A stretch of DNA of 64,000 nucleotides from a virus. Location: positions 6,851 through 70,850 of IMG/VR virus record IMGVR_UViG_3300013113_000555. One strand, 5' to 3'. This document shows, piece after piece, positions 17,893 through 27,426 of this stretch. Below the pieces are notes generated by a model. The model was given only the letters and a program-made list of their open reading frames with translations, ran no database searches and had not been told where the DNA came from. The translations under genes were made by a program, and so were the position numbers. The first letter of the stretch is position 1. Each line of letters begins with the position of its first letter.

Positions 17893-18581
17893 AAAATAGT
17901 AGATGGATTATATGTTTTGATTTTGAAACAGATTTGCCAGATGCAGAAAAATGTAATATTGTGCAATTAGCCGCTGTTCCAATCCATCCAGAAACTCTTG
18001 AAATAAAAAAAGACCAAGCGTTTAATGTTATGATTAAGCCAGAAGGTATTGATAAACCAGAGTATTTTGAAGTACCTAAGCGAGAAGGAACTATTAGTTG
18101 GCACGCTGAAAACTACGGTGTTTCTAGTGCAGAGATAATTGAGAAATGGAAAGGTGGTCTTTCAGAAAAGGTTGCTTGGAAAAACTTTTGTAATTGGTGC
18201 TCTAAATACAATGTTGACAAGAAACCTGGACAATGGTTTCCTCAACCGATTCCAGCAGGGTATAATATTACAGGGTTTGACCTTCCTATTGCTCAAAGAC
18301 TTTGTGCTAAATATAAAGTTAAAAATCCTTTTTCTGGTGTTACAAAGCTAGATGCTATGGATAATCTTTTTTGGTGGTTTGAAAATCTTGAAGAACCATT
18401 CGATTTTAAGATGGACACATGGCGTAAGTTTTTTGATATTAAAATGAAGGGTGGCGTAGCTCATGACGCATTAACAGATGTTTTTGAAGAATCAGCCATT
18501 GTAACAAGATTTCTAAAGTTTCATAGGAAGCAAGCGTCTGTTTCTAAATTTAAAGGTAGTTTTGCTGGAGTAGAAATATAG
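17889..18581 (+). CDS. DEDDh 3'-5' exonuclease (DnaQ/epsilon-like)
   Basis: ExoI FDFET, ExoII AGYNITGFD and ExoIII HDALTD motifs. Confidence 0.85.
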   Translation: MKNSRWIICFDFETDLPDAEKCNIVQLAAVPIHPETLEIKKDQAFNVMIKPEGIDKPEYFEVPKREGTISWHAENYGVSSAEIIEKWKGGLSEKVAWKNFCNWCSKYNVDKKPGQWFPQPIPAGYNITGFDLPIAQRLCAKYKVKNPFSGVTKLDAMDNLFWWFENLEEPFDFKMDTWRKFFDIKMKGGVAHDALTDVFEESAIVTRFLKFHRKQASVSKFKGSFAGVEI

Positions 18582-20206
18582 TGATTAAATTTTCATGTGG
18601 TTGTGAATTTGAACAAAACGAAAACGGTTTGCCTATATTCAATCCTAATATTGATTCATTGCCATTGAATTGTCAAAAAACTTGGGATATGATTTGCGAA
18701 GGAAATACCAAAGGTGTTTTTCAACTGGAATCTCAACTAGGACAAAGTAAAGCTAGAGAAGTCAAGCCTAGAAATATAGAAGAACTTTCAGACCTAAATG
18801 CTATTATTAGACCGGGTTGTGGTGACGCTATGGTTAAAGGTAAGTCTTTGACAAATCACTATATTGATAGAAAATCAGGAAAAGATGCTGTAGCTTATGA
18901 ATTTGAGGTTCTTGAACCTATTCTAAAAAGTACCTATGGTATTCTAGTATATCAAGAGCAAGCCATGCAGATTGCACAGTTGGTCGCTGGCTTTTCCCTA
19001 GAGCAAGCCGATAATCTTCGTAAGGCTATTGGTAAAAAGAATGTTGAACTTATGGCTAAAGTTAAACAGGAGTTCATCAAGGGTTCTCAAGAATTAAAGA
19101 TGATAAACAAAGAAGAAGCAGAAGAAATCTTTAGTTGGATCGAGAAATCTCAAAAATATTCTTTCAATAAAAGCCATAGTGTAAGCTATGCTATCAATGG
19201 TTATCAAACAGCTTATTGCAAAGCACACTTTCCTAGAGCCTTCTTTACTTCATATCTAAGACATGCAAAGGGTAAACCCAAGCCTCTGCTAGAGGTAAAC
19301 GACTTAGTTAGTAATGCTAGAGCTATGGATATTGATGTTATGCCTCCTAATATCATGCAAATGAAAAAAGAGTTTTGCTTGGTTGATAATGTTCCGACAT
19401 TTGGAATTACAAATATTAAAAATGTAGGCGAAAGCGTTTTTGACCAACTAGAAGGTTACATTAAAGATAGTAAAATTGATATTTATGGAATGAGTTGGGA
19501 AGAGTTTTTGATGCGTCTAGGAAGATTTATAAAAAGTAATTCTTTTGAATCAATGATTGAAGCGGGAGCGTTTGATTGTTATAAGATGCAAAGATCAAAA
19601 ATGATTTACCAATTTAATGTTTACAAAGAAATAAAGGATAGGGATAAAACATTCCTTTCTAATGATAATTCTAAAACTTTTATCAGAGGTATTGAAAAAT
19701 GTATAGATGATATTGTAAAGAATAGAAGAAGAAATGCTTGGACGGATAAAAATATTGAGTTTTTAAGAAGTTGTATAATTTCTTTAAAAGAACCACCTTA
19801 TGAGTTGGTCGATAGACCTTCTTGGAGGGCAAAAAAAGAAAGAGACCTTATGGGTATAGAACTTACATGTTCAGAAGTAGATGAATATGATACTATGGAC
19901 GCAAACTGTACTTGTAGAGAATATCTAAAGGGTTTTGATTCAAATTCAATAGCTATCGCCGCACAGGTAGAAGATATAAGAGAATGGAAAACCAAGAATG
20001 GAAAACACAAGGGTTCAGTCATGGCATTTTTAAGATTGAGTGACGGCACTTGTACTTTAGACAGCACGACAATATTTTCTGATGATTGGAAAAGAATGAA
20101 AGAAGCCGTATCTATTGGAAAGGTATTGTTGTTTAGAGGAACTAAAGATGAAAAATTCGGAAGTTTTATTATTAAGAAGGTACAAAAGCTGAAACAATGT
20201 ATATAA
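18581..20206 (+). CDS. dnaE: DNA polymerase III alpha (DnaE), C-terminal part: fingers, HhH, OB fold
   Basis: GTG start overlapping TAG; GVFQLES, LNAIIRPG, TYGILVYQEQ, LRKAIGKK, YSFNKSHS, FGITNIKNVG motifs and an OB-fold (MAFLRLSD). Confidence 0.9.
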   Translation: MIKFSCGCEFEQNENGLPIFNPNIDSLPLNCQKTWDMICEGNTKGVFQLESQLGQSKAREVKPRNIEELSDLNAIIRPGCGDAMVKGKSLTNHYIDRKSGKDAVAYEFEVLEPILKSTYGILVYQEQAMQIAQLVAGFSLEQADNLRKAIGKKNVELMAKVKQEFIKGSQELKMINKEEAEEIFSWIEKSQKYSFNKSHSVSYAINGYQTAYCKAHFPRAFFTSYLRHAKGKPKPLLEVNDLVSNARAMDIDVMPPNIMQMKKEFCLVDNVPTFGITNIKNVGESVFDQLEGYIKDSKIDIYGMSWEEFLMRLGRFIKSNSFESMIEAGAFDCYKMQRSKMIYQFNVYKEIKDRDKTFLSNDNSKTFIRGIEKCIDDIVKNRRRNAWTDKNIEFLRSCIISLKEPPYELVDRPSWRAKKERDLMGIELTCSEVDEYDTMDANCTCREYLKGFDSNSIAIAAQVEDIREWKTKNGKHKGSVMAFLRLSDGTCTLDSTTIFSDDWKRMKEAVSIGKVLLFRGTKDEKFGSFIIKKVQKLKQCI

Positions 20207-20218
20207 TAAGGATAACAT

Positions 20219-20674
20219 ATGGATGATTTAATAGAAGAAAACATGGGGTTGGTTGTAGATATTGTAAAAAAATTCAAACCCAAAAATCACACTGAGCATC
20301 AAGACTTGATGGATGCGGGAAGAATTGGTTTATGGAAAGCTTTACAAAAATATGACCTTAAATCCGGTAATGCTCTCTCTACATATGCTTGGCGACCTAT
20401 TAGATGGTCGATAATTAGAGAAATAAAAAATCAAAACAACCATAAGACTTTATCTTTAATCGAAAATACTTGTTTTGATGCTCAACATAAGGAAAGACTT
20501 TGGGAGTTATTTACAGCAGATATGACCGAAGAAGAAAAAAGTATTATTAAATTAAGACAGGCTGGATACAAGTTTAGAGAAATATGTAAGATTTTAGATC
20601 AGTCGCCATCTTCGGTTAAAAATAAATTCTACAACCTATTAATCAGATTGAGAGAAGCAAATAAAGATGAATAA
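20219..20674 (+). CDS. Small sigma-70-family RNA polymerase sigma factor (regions 2 and 4)
   Basis: LIEENMGLV...QDLMDAGRIGLWKALQKYD...LSTYA (region 2); GYKFREICKILDQSPSSVK (region 4 HTH). Confidence 0.82.
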   Translation: MDDLIEENMGLVVDIVKKFKPKNHTEHQDLMDAGRIGLWKALQKYDLKSGNALSTYAWRPIRWSIIREIKNQNNHKTLSLIENTCFDAQHKERLWELFTADMTEEEKSIIKLRQAGYKFREICKILDQSPSSVKNKFYNLLIRLREANKDE

Positions 20675-22310
20675 GAAAAGAGTATTATTCGTAACAGAGT
20701 CAACAGAACTAGCTTCTGGTTTTGGTACATATGCTAAAGAAATATTGCAAAGGATACATAGTTCTGGAAAATATGAGATAGCTGAATTTTCTTGCTATAG
20801 ATCACCGGACACAGTAAAAGATAGTGACTGGTTAATATATGGCAATGCTCCTATGCGTGGAGAAAAAGACTATGCAGAGCAACATAAAAACCCAGTAGTA
20901 CAATGGGGGGTTCACAAATTTGAATTAGCAGTATTGGATTTTAAACCAGACATTGTTGTTACATATCGTGATCCTTGGATGGATTCTTATATAGTTGACA
21001 GCCCATATCTACCATTTTTTCATTGGGTATGGATGCCAACAATTGATAGCGAACCACAAAAAAATGAATGGCTTTATTGGTTTAATAAGTGTGATGGGCT
21101 AATGGCTTATTCTGAGTACGGAATAAGAACCATAGAAAAACAAACAAAAGGAAGGGTTAAAGTACATGGATGTGCTTCTCCTGCTATTGACCCCGTAATC
21201 TTCAATATTATTCCTAATAAAGATAACCATAAAGCTTCTTTAGGTCTGCCTACAGACAGTATCATATTTGGCACTGTTATGCGTAATCAAAAGAGAAAAA
21301 TGTTTCCAGAATTAATGAAAGCCTTTAAAACCTTTTTAGATACTACAGACGAAGAGACAAGAAAAAAGTCTTTCTTATACATTCATACAAGCTATCCTGA
21401 AAAAATGGGATGGAATATTACTTCCCTTGCTCATGAATACGGGATTGGTTCTAAGTTATTATGTACATATGTTTGTAGGTCTTGTAATCAATTTTTCTCC
21501 TGTCATTATAGAGACGCATTAACTACATGTAATAAATGCGGAAGTTTTGCAGCATCTTTACCTAGTGTTCAAAACGGAATAGAACACTCAGAACTACATA
21601 AAATATATAATGCTATGGATTTGTATGTTCAGTATGCAATTTGCGAAGGTTTTGGTATGCCTCAAGTTGAAGCAGCAGCGTGCGGAACACCTATAGCTTC
21701 TATTAATTATAGTGCTATGGAAGATATAGTTTCCTACACCAAAGGGTATCCCATCGAGCCGATGCTTCAAAGAGAAATGGAAACTAATGCGGATAGAAGC
21801 AACCCAAACAACAAAGCACTTGTTGAAGCAATGCAAGCTTTTGCAAAACAAACTAAAGAGCAGAAAAAACAACAAAGAATTCAAACTAGGAAAAACTGTA
21901 TTGAAAGATACACTTGGGATATTTCCGCTAATGCTTGGCAAGATTATTTTGACCAAGTGGATTTGAGTAAGAATCTTGATTGGAATATACCACCTATCAT
22001 AAAACCTATTCCTAAAGAACCAATTAAAAATCTTTCAAATATTCAATTCTGTGAATGGGTTTATTCCGCTATGATTCAAGATGGATATAATATGTTCAAT
22101 CATAAAATGTTAAGTAATTTAAGAAACTTAAACTTTGGGGCAATAATAGATGGTGGAAACCTATCGCCCTGTACTCAAGAAACGGTTTTTAAAGAATGTA
22201 GAAATATCTCTGAAAAAAGATTTGCTTTAGATCAATTAAGATGTTCTAATACACCCCTAGAACTACAGCATGGATTTATTAAACAAGCACACGAAGGACT
22301 AAGAAAATGA
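20667..22310 (+). CDS. GT-B (GT4-like) glycosyltransferase with a Cys4 insertion
   Basis: KRVLFVTE..ELASGFG; RNQKRK; IYNAMDLYVQYAICEGFGMPQVEAAACGTP (E-x7-E motif). Confidence 0.88.
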   Translation: MNKKRVLFVTESTELASGFGTYAKEILQRIHSSGKYEIAEFSCYRSPDTVKDSDWLIYGNAPMRGEKDYAEQHKNPVVQWGVHKFELAVLDFKPDIVVTYRDPWMDSYIVDSPYLPFFHWVWMPTIDSEPQKNEWLYWFNKCDGLMAYSEYGIRTIEKQTKGRVKVHGCASPAIDPVIFNIIPNKDNHKASLGLPTDSIIFGTVMRNQKRKMFPELMKAFKTFLDTTDEETRKKSFLYIHTSYPEKMGWNITSLAHEYGIGSKLLCTYVCRSCNQFFSCHYRDALTTCNKCGSFAASLPSVQNGIEHSELHKIYNAMDLYVQYAICEGFGMPQVEAAACGTPIASINYSAMEDIVSYTKGYPIEPMLQREMETNADRSNPNNKALVEAMQAFAKQTKEQKKQQRIQTRKNCIERYTWDISANAWQDYFDQVDLSKNLDWNIPPIIKPIPKEPIKNLSNIQFCEWVYSAMIQDGYNMFNHKMLSNLRNLNFGAIIDGGNLSPCTQETVFKECRNISEKRFALDQLRCSNTPLELQHGFIKQAHEGLRK

Positions 22311-23380
22311 CAGCGATAGAATTACTAGATAAGGAAGTATTATATATTGGTCCTTATAGACAAAATGACGAATGGGGAAAAACCAGCAGGGCTTTCTTGC
22401 AGTTGCTAATACATACTGTTAAAAACGTTGTAGCTAGACCTCTTTACTACTCAAACAATATAGTTGATTTGGGTGAAATAAAAGAAGAACATTCTTATGT
22501 AGAAGAAAAAGATGTTATTATACAACATGGCTTGCCTGAAACACTAAATTATGAAGGCGATTTTAATTACAATATAGCAATTACTAAAGTCGATTGCCGT
22601 ATAGATAATTTAAGCTGGGTTGAAAATTTAAAACTGTTTGATAAGATTTGTGTTTTTTCTCCTTTTGAAAAACAATTACTAAAAGAATCAGGAATAAAAG
22701 AAAGTAAAATATTTGCTTTTGACTTTCCTCCGGTTCTAAGTGAACCAAAAGAAGTAGTAACTTTAGATATTCCAGAACTAGAAAATAAAACTGTGTTTTA
22801 TACCACTGCTGGGCCAGATGATGATAGCGGCCTTATGGAGACACTAACAGCGTACTATAATTGTTTTTCTTCAATAGACAATGTTATTTTGATTGTTTTT
22901 GATAATGATTCAGAAATGATTAAAAACATGGTTGAACAAATTAAAGCAAAAATGAACTGCTACGGTTCTTCTACACATTATCCAGATATAGCAATAATAA
23001 GTAATGACCCTAGAGCACTAGCATACGCTCATCTTAATTACGACTACTATATCAATGTTGGCTATAATATTTCTACGAATCAAGAGATATTAGAATGTTT
23101 GATGGGAAAATCAAGACCTATCCTTTTAGATACTGCAATGTTTTTAGAAGGTTGCTATCCTGTATTAAGTAGGACTGATGTGTGTCAAAAAAATAATAGA
23201 CCTTTGCCCAATATGTATTCAGGAAAACATTATTGGAAAGTACCGGACACTCCTGCTTTATGCAAGGCTTTAAAAACTTGTGCTAAAACTGGCAGTAGTT
23301 TAACAAATAGAGAGTTGTTTAAAAATACTCATAAAGAACAATCATATGCAAAACTAAAGGAATTAATATGTATCCGATAA
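22307..23380 (+). CDS. Glycosyltransferase-like protein (GT-B, divergent)
   Basis: YIGPYRQNDEWGK N-terminus, FYTT..DDDSGLMETLTAY and ILECL pattern of phage GT4-like proteins; canonical E-x7-E not clear. Confidence 0.6.
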   Translation: MTAIELLDKEVLYIGPYRQNDEWGKTSRAFLQLLIHTVKNVVARPLYYSNNIVDLGEIKEEHSYVEEKDVIIQHGLPETLNYEGDFNYNIAITKVDCRIDNLSWVENLKLFDKICVFSPFEKQLLKESGIKESKIFAFDFPPVLSEPKEVVTLDIPELENKTVFYTTAGPDDDSGLMETLTAYYNCFSSIDNVILIVFDNDSEMIKNMVEQIKAKMNCYGSSTHYPDIAIISNDPRALAYAHLNYDYYINVGYNISTNQEILECLMGKSRPILLDTAMFLEGCYPVLSRTDVCQKNNRPLPNMYSGKHYWKVPDTPALCKALKTCAKTGSSLTNRELFKNTHKEQSYAKLKELICIR

Positions 23381-24300
23381 ACTCAATAACTAGGTCTGCT
23401 CAAAAAGACAAAAAGTTAAATGTATTATTGTTTAATGACTCTTATACTAGCTATGTATTTAGTCTTGGGTATTGTTTTAATGATATTAATTTTTACTTAT
23501 TTGAAAACAGGTTTCAAACCTCTAGATGGATAAGAAACTGGGCTAGACCAAACAATGTTGAAATCATAAAAAGTAATGAATCACCAATAGATATTGATGC
23601 TATAATAGTTATTAACAGAGGTAGATCGTATGAAGAAGCCATATCTGTTTCTAGCTATCTTCATGTTCCAGTTATATTAATTGACTTTGCAAGTTCTGAA
23701 ATGATGACACCTATTCCTTTCTTTGCAAGTTCAAACATTACTGATAGAGAAACATTGTTAAAAAGATCAGGCCATATTACCATTGGTATTAATGAACAAG
23801 TTAGCACTTCTTGGCAATCACCTTTTCAAAAAGTAGCTGTGCCGATCAAACCTCTTGCTCCAGTACTAAATGTAAATCCAATTGAAGCAAAGAAGGTTTT
23901 AGTTCCAAGGTCTGTGCCTGATGAATACCTACAGGGGTTGCCTGCTAATATTTTTGCAGGGTTAGAGATTACAAAGAATAGTGAAGAAGCAGGCATATAT
24001 TTAAATCTTTGGCAAAATCTAGACGAAGACACAATAAATTGTATGGCAAACGAAATACCTGTTGTTTCTTTTGCTACCTCTGAAATACCTAAAGAATGTT
24101 ATTTTTTAGTGAATGAACAAAACGTAAATGATACTTTAAGGCAGTTTTTAAATGGTGGGTTTAGCCAAGAGCAACTTGCTGCTATTAACAATACTAAAAA
24201 AATAGCCAAAGAATATGTATTCACTTCACAAGAAGATTTTAAAAATAGCTGGCAAAATGTTTTTAGATTTATAGAAAACACACCTTACATCAGGAGATAA
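23368..24300 (+). CDS. Glycosyltransferase-like protein (GT-B, divergent)
   Basis: LNVLLFND Rossmann start; YLNLW...INCMANEIPVVS resembles the GT4 donor-binding motif. Confidence 0.5.
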   Translation: MYPINSITRSAQKDKKLNVLLFNDSYTSYVFSLGYCFNDINFYLFENRFQTSRWIRNWARPNNVEIIKSNESPIDIDAIIVINRGRSYEEAISVSSYLHVPVILIDFASSEMMTPIPFFASSNITDRETLLKRSGHITIGINEQVSTSWQSPFQKVAVPIKPLAPVLNVNPIEAKKVLVPRSVPDEYLQGLPANIFAGLEITKNSEEAGIYLNLWQNLDEDTINCMANEIPVVSFATSEIPKECYFLVNEQNVNDTLRQFLNGGFSQEQLAAINNTKKIAKEYVFTSQEDFKNSWQNVFRFIENTPYIRR

Positions 24301-24301
24301 A

Positions 24302-24688
24302 ATGATAGGAAAAAAAGTAAACTTAGTCGTTGAGCCACTAGAAGCACAAGATGTAGTAGTTGGACAATTAATGCAAGCACCAGACGGATACTTTGAACAT
24401 ATAAAAGTTTTAGATGTTTTAGAAGTTGACCCTACAGAAAACCTATTAGAAGCGATTGCTGTAAAAATAAAAACGGGCGGCAAACTAACACTTCAAGGTT
24501 TTGATGGTCTAGCGTTTTGTAAAAAGATTTTACAAGACGGTGCAGATGAACTATATGGAAAAAGAGTAGTATTTCAGAATTTTTATTCTATAGGATTTTT
24601 AAAAGAACATTTTCAAAACAATGGATGGAAAGTAAATTTTGCCAATGTTAACGCAGGAAGATACAGCATTATAGTAGAAAGGAACTAG
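24302..24688 (+). CDS. Truncated SAM-dependent methyltransferase-like protein
   Basis: FEHIKVLDVLE...KIKTGGKLTL resembles post-II motifs of class I MTases; GxGxG motif I is absent. Confidence 0.4.
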   Translation: MIGKKVNLVVEPLEAQDVVVGQLMQAPDGYFEHIKVLDVLEVDPTENLLEAIAVKIKTGGKLTLQGFDGLAFCKKILQDGADELYGKRVVFQNFYSIGFLKEHFQNNGWKVNFANVNAGRYSIIVERN

Positions 24689-24689
24689 A

Positions 24690-25547
24690 ATGGAAGAAAA
24701 TCAAGAGATCGAAGTAAGTCAAATACATACGGTTTGTAGAGACTGTGTTTTTGCTAAATATGATGGAGAAAACCCAAACAAACAAAGCGGGTGTTCTTTA
24801 AATAAAATACAAGACTACGAAAAAGCAGGAGTGCCAGTAATTGAAGTATTTGATGATTCCAACAAAGAGTTCAAACTAATTAATGGTAGATTCTGTATGT
24901 TCTACAGAAACGAAGAGGTTATGAAAGCTTATTCGAGTAGTACTTGGCAAGATATAGTAAAACTTCAAACTAAAGTGCCTTACCACGCTATAGTTTTCTT
25001 TGATAAAGACTCTAAATATAAAGAACTTAAAAAAACACTGTTTTCTTTACAAGATCAAGAAGTTAGTCCTAACTTGGTAACTGTTTTTAATATGGCTTTT
25101 GTTGACTATAGTGAAGAAGAAGGAAGAGGAGAAACAGTAGCCCCCTCTAAACTATTAGAATTGCTACAAAGCTTTAATTTTCATCAATACAGCCTAAAGA
25201 ATGTATACGATCAAAATCTAGACAAAAGAGACCTAACTGACTTAGCTTTTGATAACAATAAAGAAAAACCGTATCCATTCTACACTACCTTTGACGCAGG
25301 ATTTTTAGTGCCTAAAGATTTTAGCAAGGAACTAAATGATGCTATACTTATTGATATGAAACAAATAGGTTTCGTAAAATCAGTAGAAGGAATTAATGGA
25401 ATGATTGTGAATAAAACCACTCATAAAAAACACGGTGGAAATAGCTTTCATAGAAACCTTGAAGACAAAGTTTTAGAGTTTGAAGAAGATGCAGAAAAGT
25501 TCATTTACGAATCTTCGGAGGTGGTTCCATGCCTATCAAAGAAATAG
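24690..25547 (+). CDS. Hypothetical protein, Cys-rich N-terminus and possible degenerate GT-A fold
   Basis: HTVCRDCVF...GCSL...RFCMFYR N-terminus; located in the GT cluster. Confidence 0.5.
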   Translation: MEENQEIEVSQIHTVCRDCVFAKYDGENPNKQSGCSLNKIQDYEKAGVPVIEVFDDSNKEFKLINGRFCMFYRNEEVMKAYSSSTWQDIVKLQTKVPYHAIVFFDKDSKYKELKKTLFSLQDQEVSPNLVTVFNMAFVDYSEEEGRGETVAPSKLLELLQSFNFHQYSLKNVYDQNLDKRDLTDLAFDNNKEKPYPFYTTFDAGFLVPKDFSKELNDAILIDMKQIGFVKSVEGINGMIVNKTTHKKHGGNSFHRNLEDKVLEFEEDAEKFIYESSEVVPCLSKK

Positions 25548-25915
25548 TAATTACAACACCACAGCAATTTAATGATAGTTTGAGCAAAATCACTAGCGGA
25601 GAAGTTGTAGCAATAATTGATTCAAATACAACTAAGGTTAGAGAATATGAATCTATCATGTCAGATTTTTTAAAAGACGATAAGCTAGGTTTTATATTTA
25701 CTGATATATTAGTTAATATAAATGGAGTAAGCTACACTAAATATTTTAATTCTAAAGAGCTATATAGTGTTCCATTTTTTTTAAGAAAGCCTCATCAAGA
25801 AATCATAGTTCAAGAAGGCGATATTAAATCACAGATAATGCAACAAATGATAAGCAGAGGTTATTCCTTTGAACATATAGCAGAGCCTTATTTTTGCGAT
25901 ACGATTGATAAATAA
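25529..25915 (+). CDS. Small GT-A (GT2)-like fragment protein
   Basis: GGAGGT RBS; GEVVAIIDSN...KLGFIFTD...HIAEPYF resembles the DxD-proximal half of GT2 proteins. Confidence 0.45.
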   Translation: MPIKEIVITTPQQFNDSLSKITSGEVVAIIDSNTTKVREYESIMSDFLKDDKLGFIFTDILVNINGVSYTKYFNSKELYSVPFFLRKPHQEIIVQEGDIKSQIMQQMISRGYSFEHIAEPYFCDTIDK

Positions 25916-25930
25916 ATTGGAAATAAATAA

Positions 25931-26632
25931 ATGGCATCAACCTATATAAAAAAAATAAATGAACCCACAGAAATAGATATAGTTATTCCGTGTGCAGGCT
26001 TAGGAAAAAGAATGAAGTCTTATGGCCCTAAGTCTTTGATAAAGATTAAAAACAACAAAACTATATTAGACAATCAGCTTAAAATTATCAAAAAGTTTTT
26101 TCCAAATTCAAACATAATTATGGTTTGTGGTTTTGAAAGAGATTATTTAATGGATAACTCACCACAAGACATAATGAAAATTGAAAATGAATACTACGAA
26201 ACAACAAATGTTGTAAGGTCTCTTGGCTTGGCTTTAAGAGTCTGCAAAAGAGACGTTATGATAATTTATGGAGACTTAGTTTTTAATGAAGAATGTCTTA
26301 AAGTGATGAACCTTAATAAATCTTCTGTACTTGCAGGATATGATATAATGAATGATTCAGAAATAGGCTGTATAGAAAACCAAGGATATTTACAAAACAT
26401 GATGTATGATCTACCTAACAAATGGGGTCAAATAGCTTTCTTTAAAAATAAAGAACTAAAGCTTTTAAAGCAAACGTGCTGGAAGCAAACAAACTTTAAT
26501 ATGTTTGGCTTTGAAGCAATTAATGAAATTATTAATAATGGAGGTAAATTTGTAATGTGCGGAAGCAATAAGGCCAAAGCAATTGATATTGATAGCTCCA
26601 AGGATTTAGAAAAAGTAAAGGAAATTATATGA
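25931..26632 (+). CDS. Nucleotidyltransferase (NTP_transferase family, LicC-like)
   Basis: IVIPCAGLGKRMKSYGPKSLIKI, IYGDLVF and IDIDSSKDL motifs. Confidence 0.85.
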   Translation: MASTYIKKINEPTEIDIVIPCAGLGKRMKSYGPKSLIKIKNNKTILDNQLKIIKKFFPNSNIIMVCGFERDYLMDNSPQDIMKIENEYYETTNVVRSLGLALRVCKRDVMIIYGDLVFNEECLKVMNLNKSSVLAGYDIMNDSEIGCIENQGYLQNMMYDLPNKWGQIAFFKNKELKLLKQTCWKQTNFNMFGFEAINEIINNGGKFVMCGSNKAKAIDIDSSKDLEKVKEII

Positions 26633-27426
26633 AAATATTAATACAAAACTCACAAGATGAAAGAGTAATTGGTTTAGGGCAATCAATTAAAAATCATGAA
26701 GTTTTAACATTTAATCCTAGCATAGCAGTTTACAGACTGATAGAAGAAACCAAGCCAAACGTTATTGTTTTTGAAGAAGACGATAATCTAAAAGATAGTG
26801 ATATAGAATATGCAAAACATGATTATCCAGATATTAAGTTCGTATTAATTAGGGATGAACCTCATCAAAGAACAAGGAATATTAAAGAAGAATTATTTGA
26901 TTTTATCTTTGATAAGAGTAACGACTTGCCAGAAGATATGGAGCATATTAACAATCCCCACAGAAGAAAACTTAAATACTTAATTAATCAAGACTTAGTG
27001 TGCGATGGGCATTATAAAAATGAATATGACTCTGAGTTTGTTCTATTTACAGACCACCTTAAAAGTGAAGATAGAAAATTTATGGATTGTTTAAACTGGC
27101 TTGGTGACACATACAAGCTGAAAATTTATGGTCCAATAAAAGTAGATTCCCCCTACTACTTAGGCAATCCAAATAAAGATGAGTATAAGAATATTATTGC
27201 ATCATCTAAATCCATTGTTATGTATACTAATGTTTGGTTTGATTCGGCGTATGCGAATAGCAAGGTTCCAATAGTTTTTTCTGAGAATTTTATTAATGAT
27301 GTGAAAGAAATCTATAACAATGATTTTGAAATACCTACAACGCAAAAAACATGTAATAAATACTACAAAAGATATAACGAATTATCAGAATATTTTTTAG
27401 GATTCTTAGGAGTACCATGCCGATGA
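26629..27426 (+). CDS. Glycosyltransferase-like protein (CgeB/GT1-like C-terminal domain)
   Basis: LKIYG...YYLG....EYKNIIASSK pattern. Confidence 0.55.
   Translation: MKILIQNSQDERVIGLGQSIKNHEVLTFNPSIAVYRLIEETKPNVIVFEEDDNLKDSDIEYAKHDYPDIKFVLIRDEPHQRTRNIKEELFDFIFDKSNDLPEDMEHINNPHRRKLKYLINQDLVCDGHYKNEYDSEFVLFTDHLKSEDRKFMDCLNWLGDTYKLKIYGPIKVDSPYYLGNPNKDEYKNIIASSKSIVMYTNVWFDSAYANSKVPIVFSENFINDVKEIYNNDFEIPTTQKTCNKYYKRYNELSEYFLGFLGVPCR

Noticed and set aside
17578-18700. Split intein in dnaE (part 2 begins MIK..., like the Npu IntC)
   Set aside because: Part 1 has no Cys/Ser-initiated IntN block after the polymerase sequence, and part 2 has no HN/SN-Cys junction. Both ends align directly to DnaE.
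20202-20207. Internal promoter (TATAAT) before the sigma factor gene
   Set aside because: It overlaps the dnaE stop codon in AT-rich sequence and has no convincing -35 or extended -10, so it is not separable from chance.
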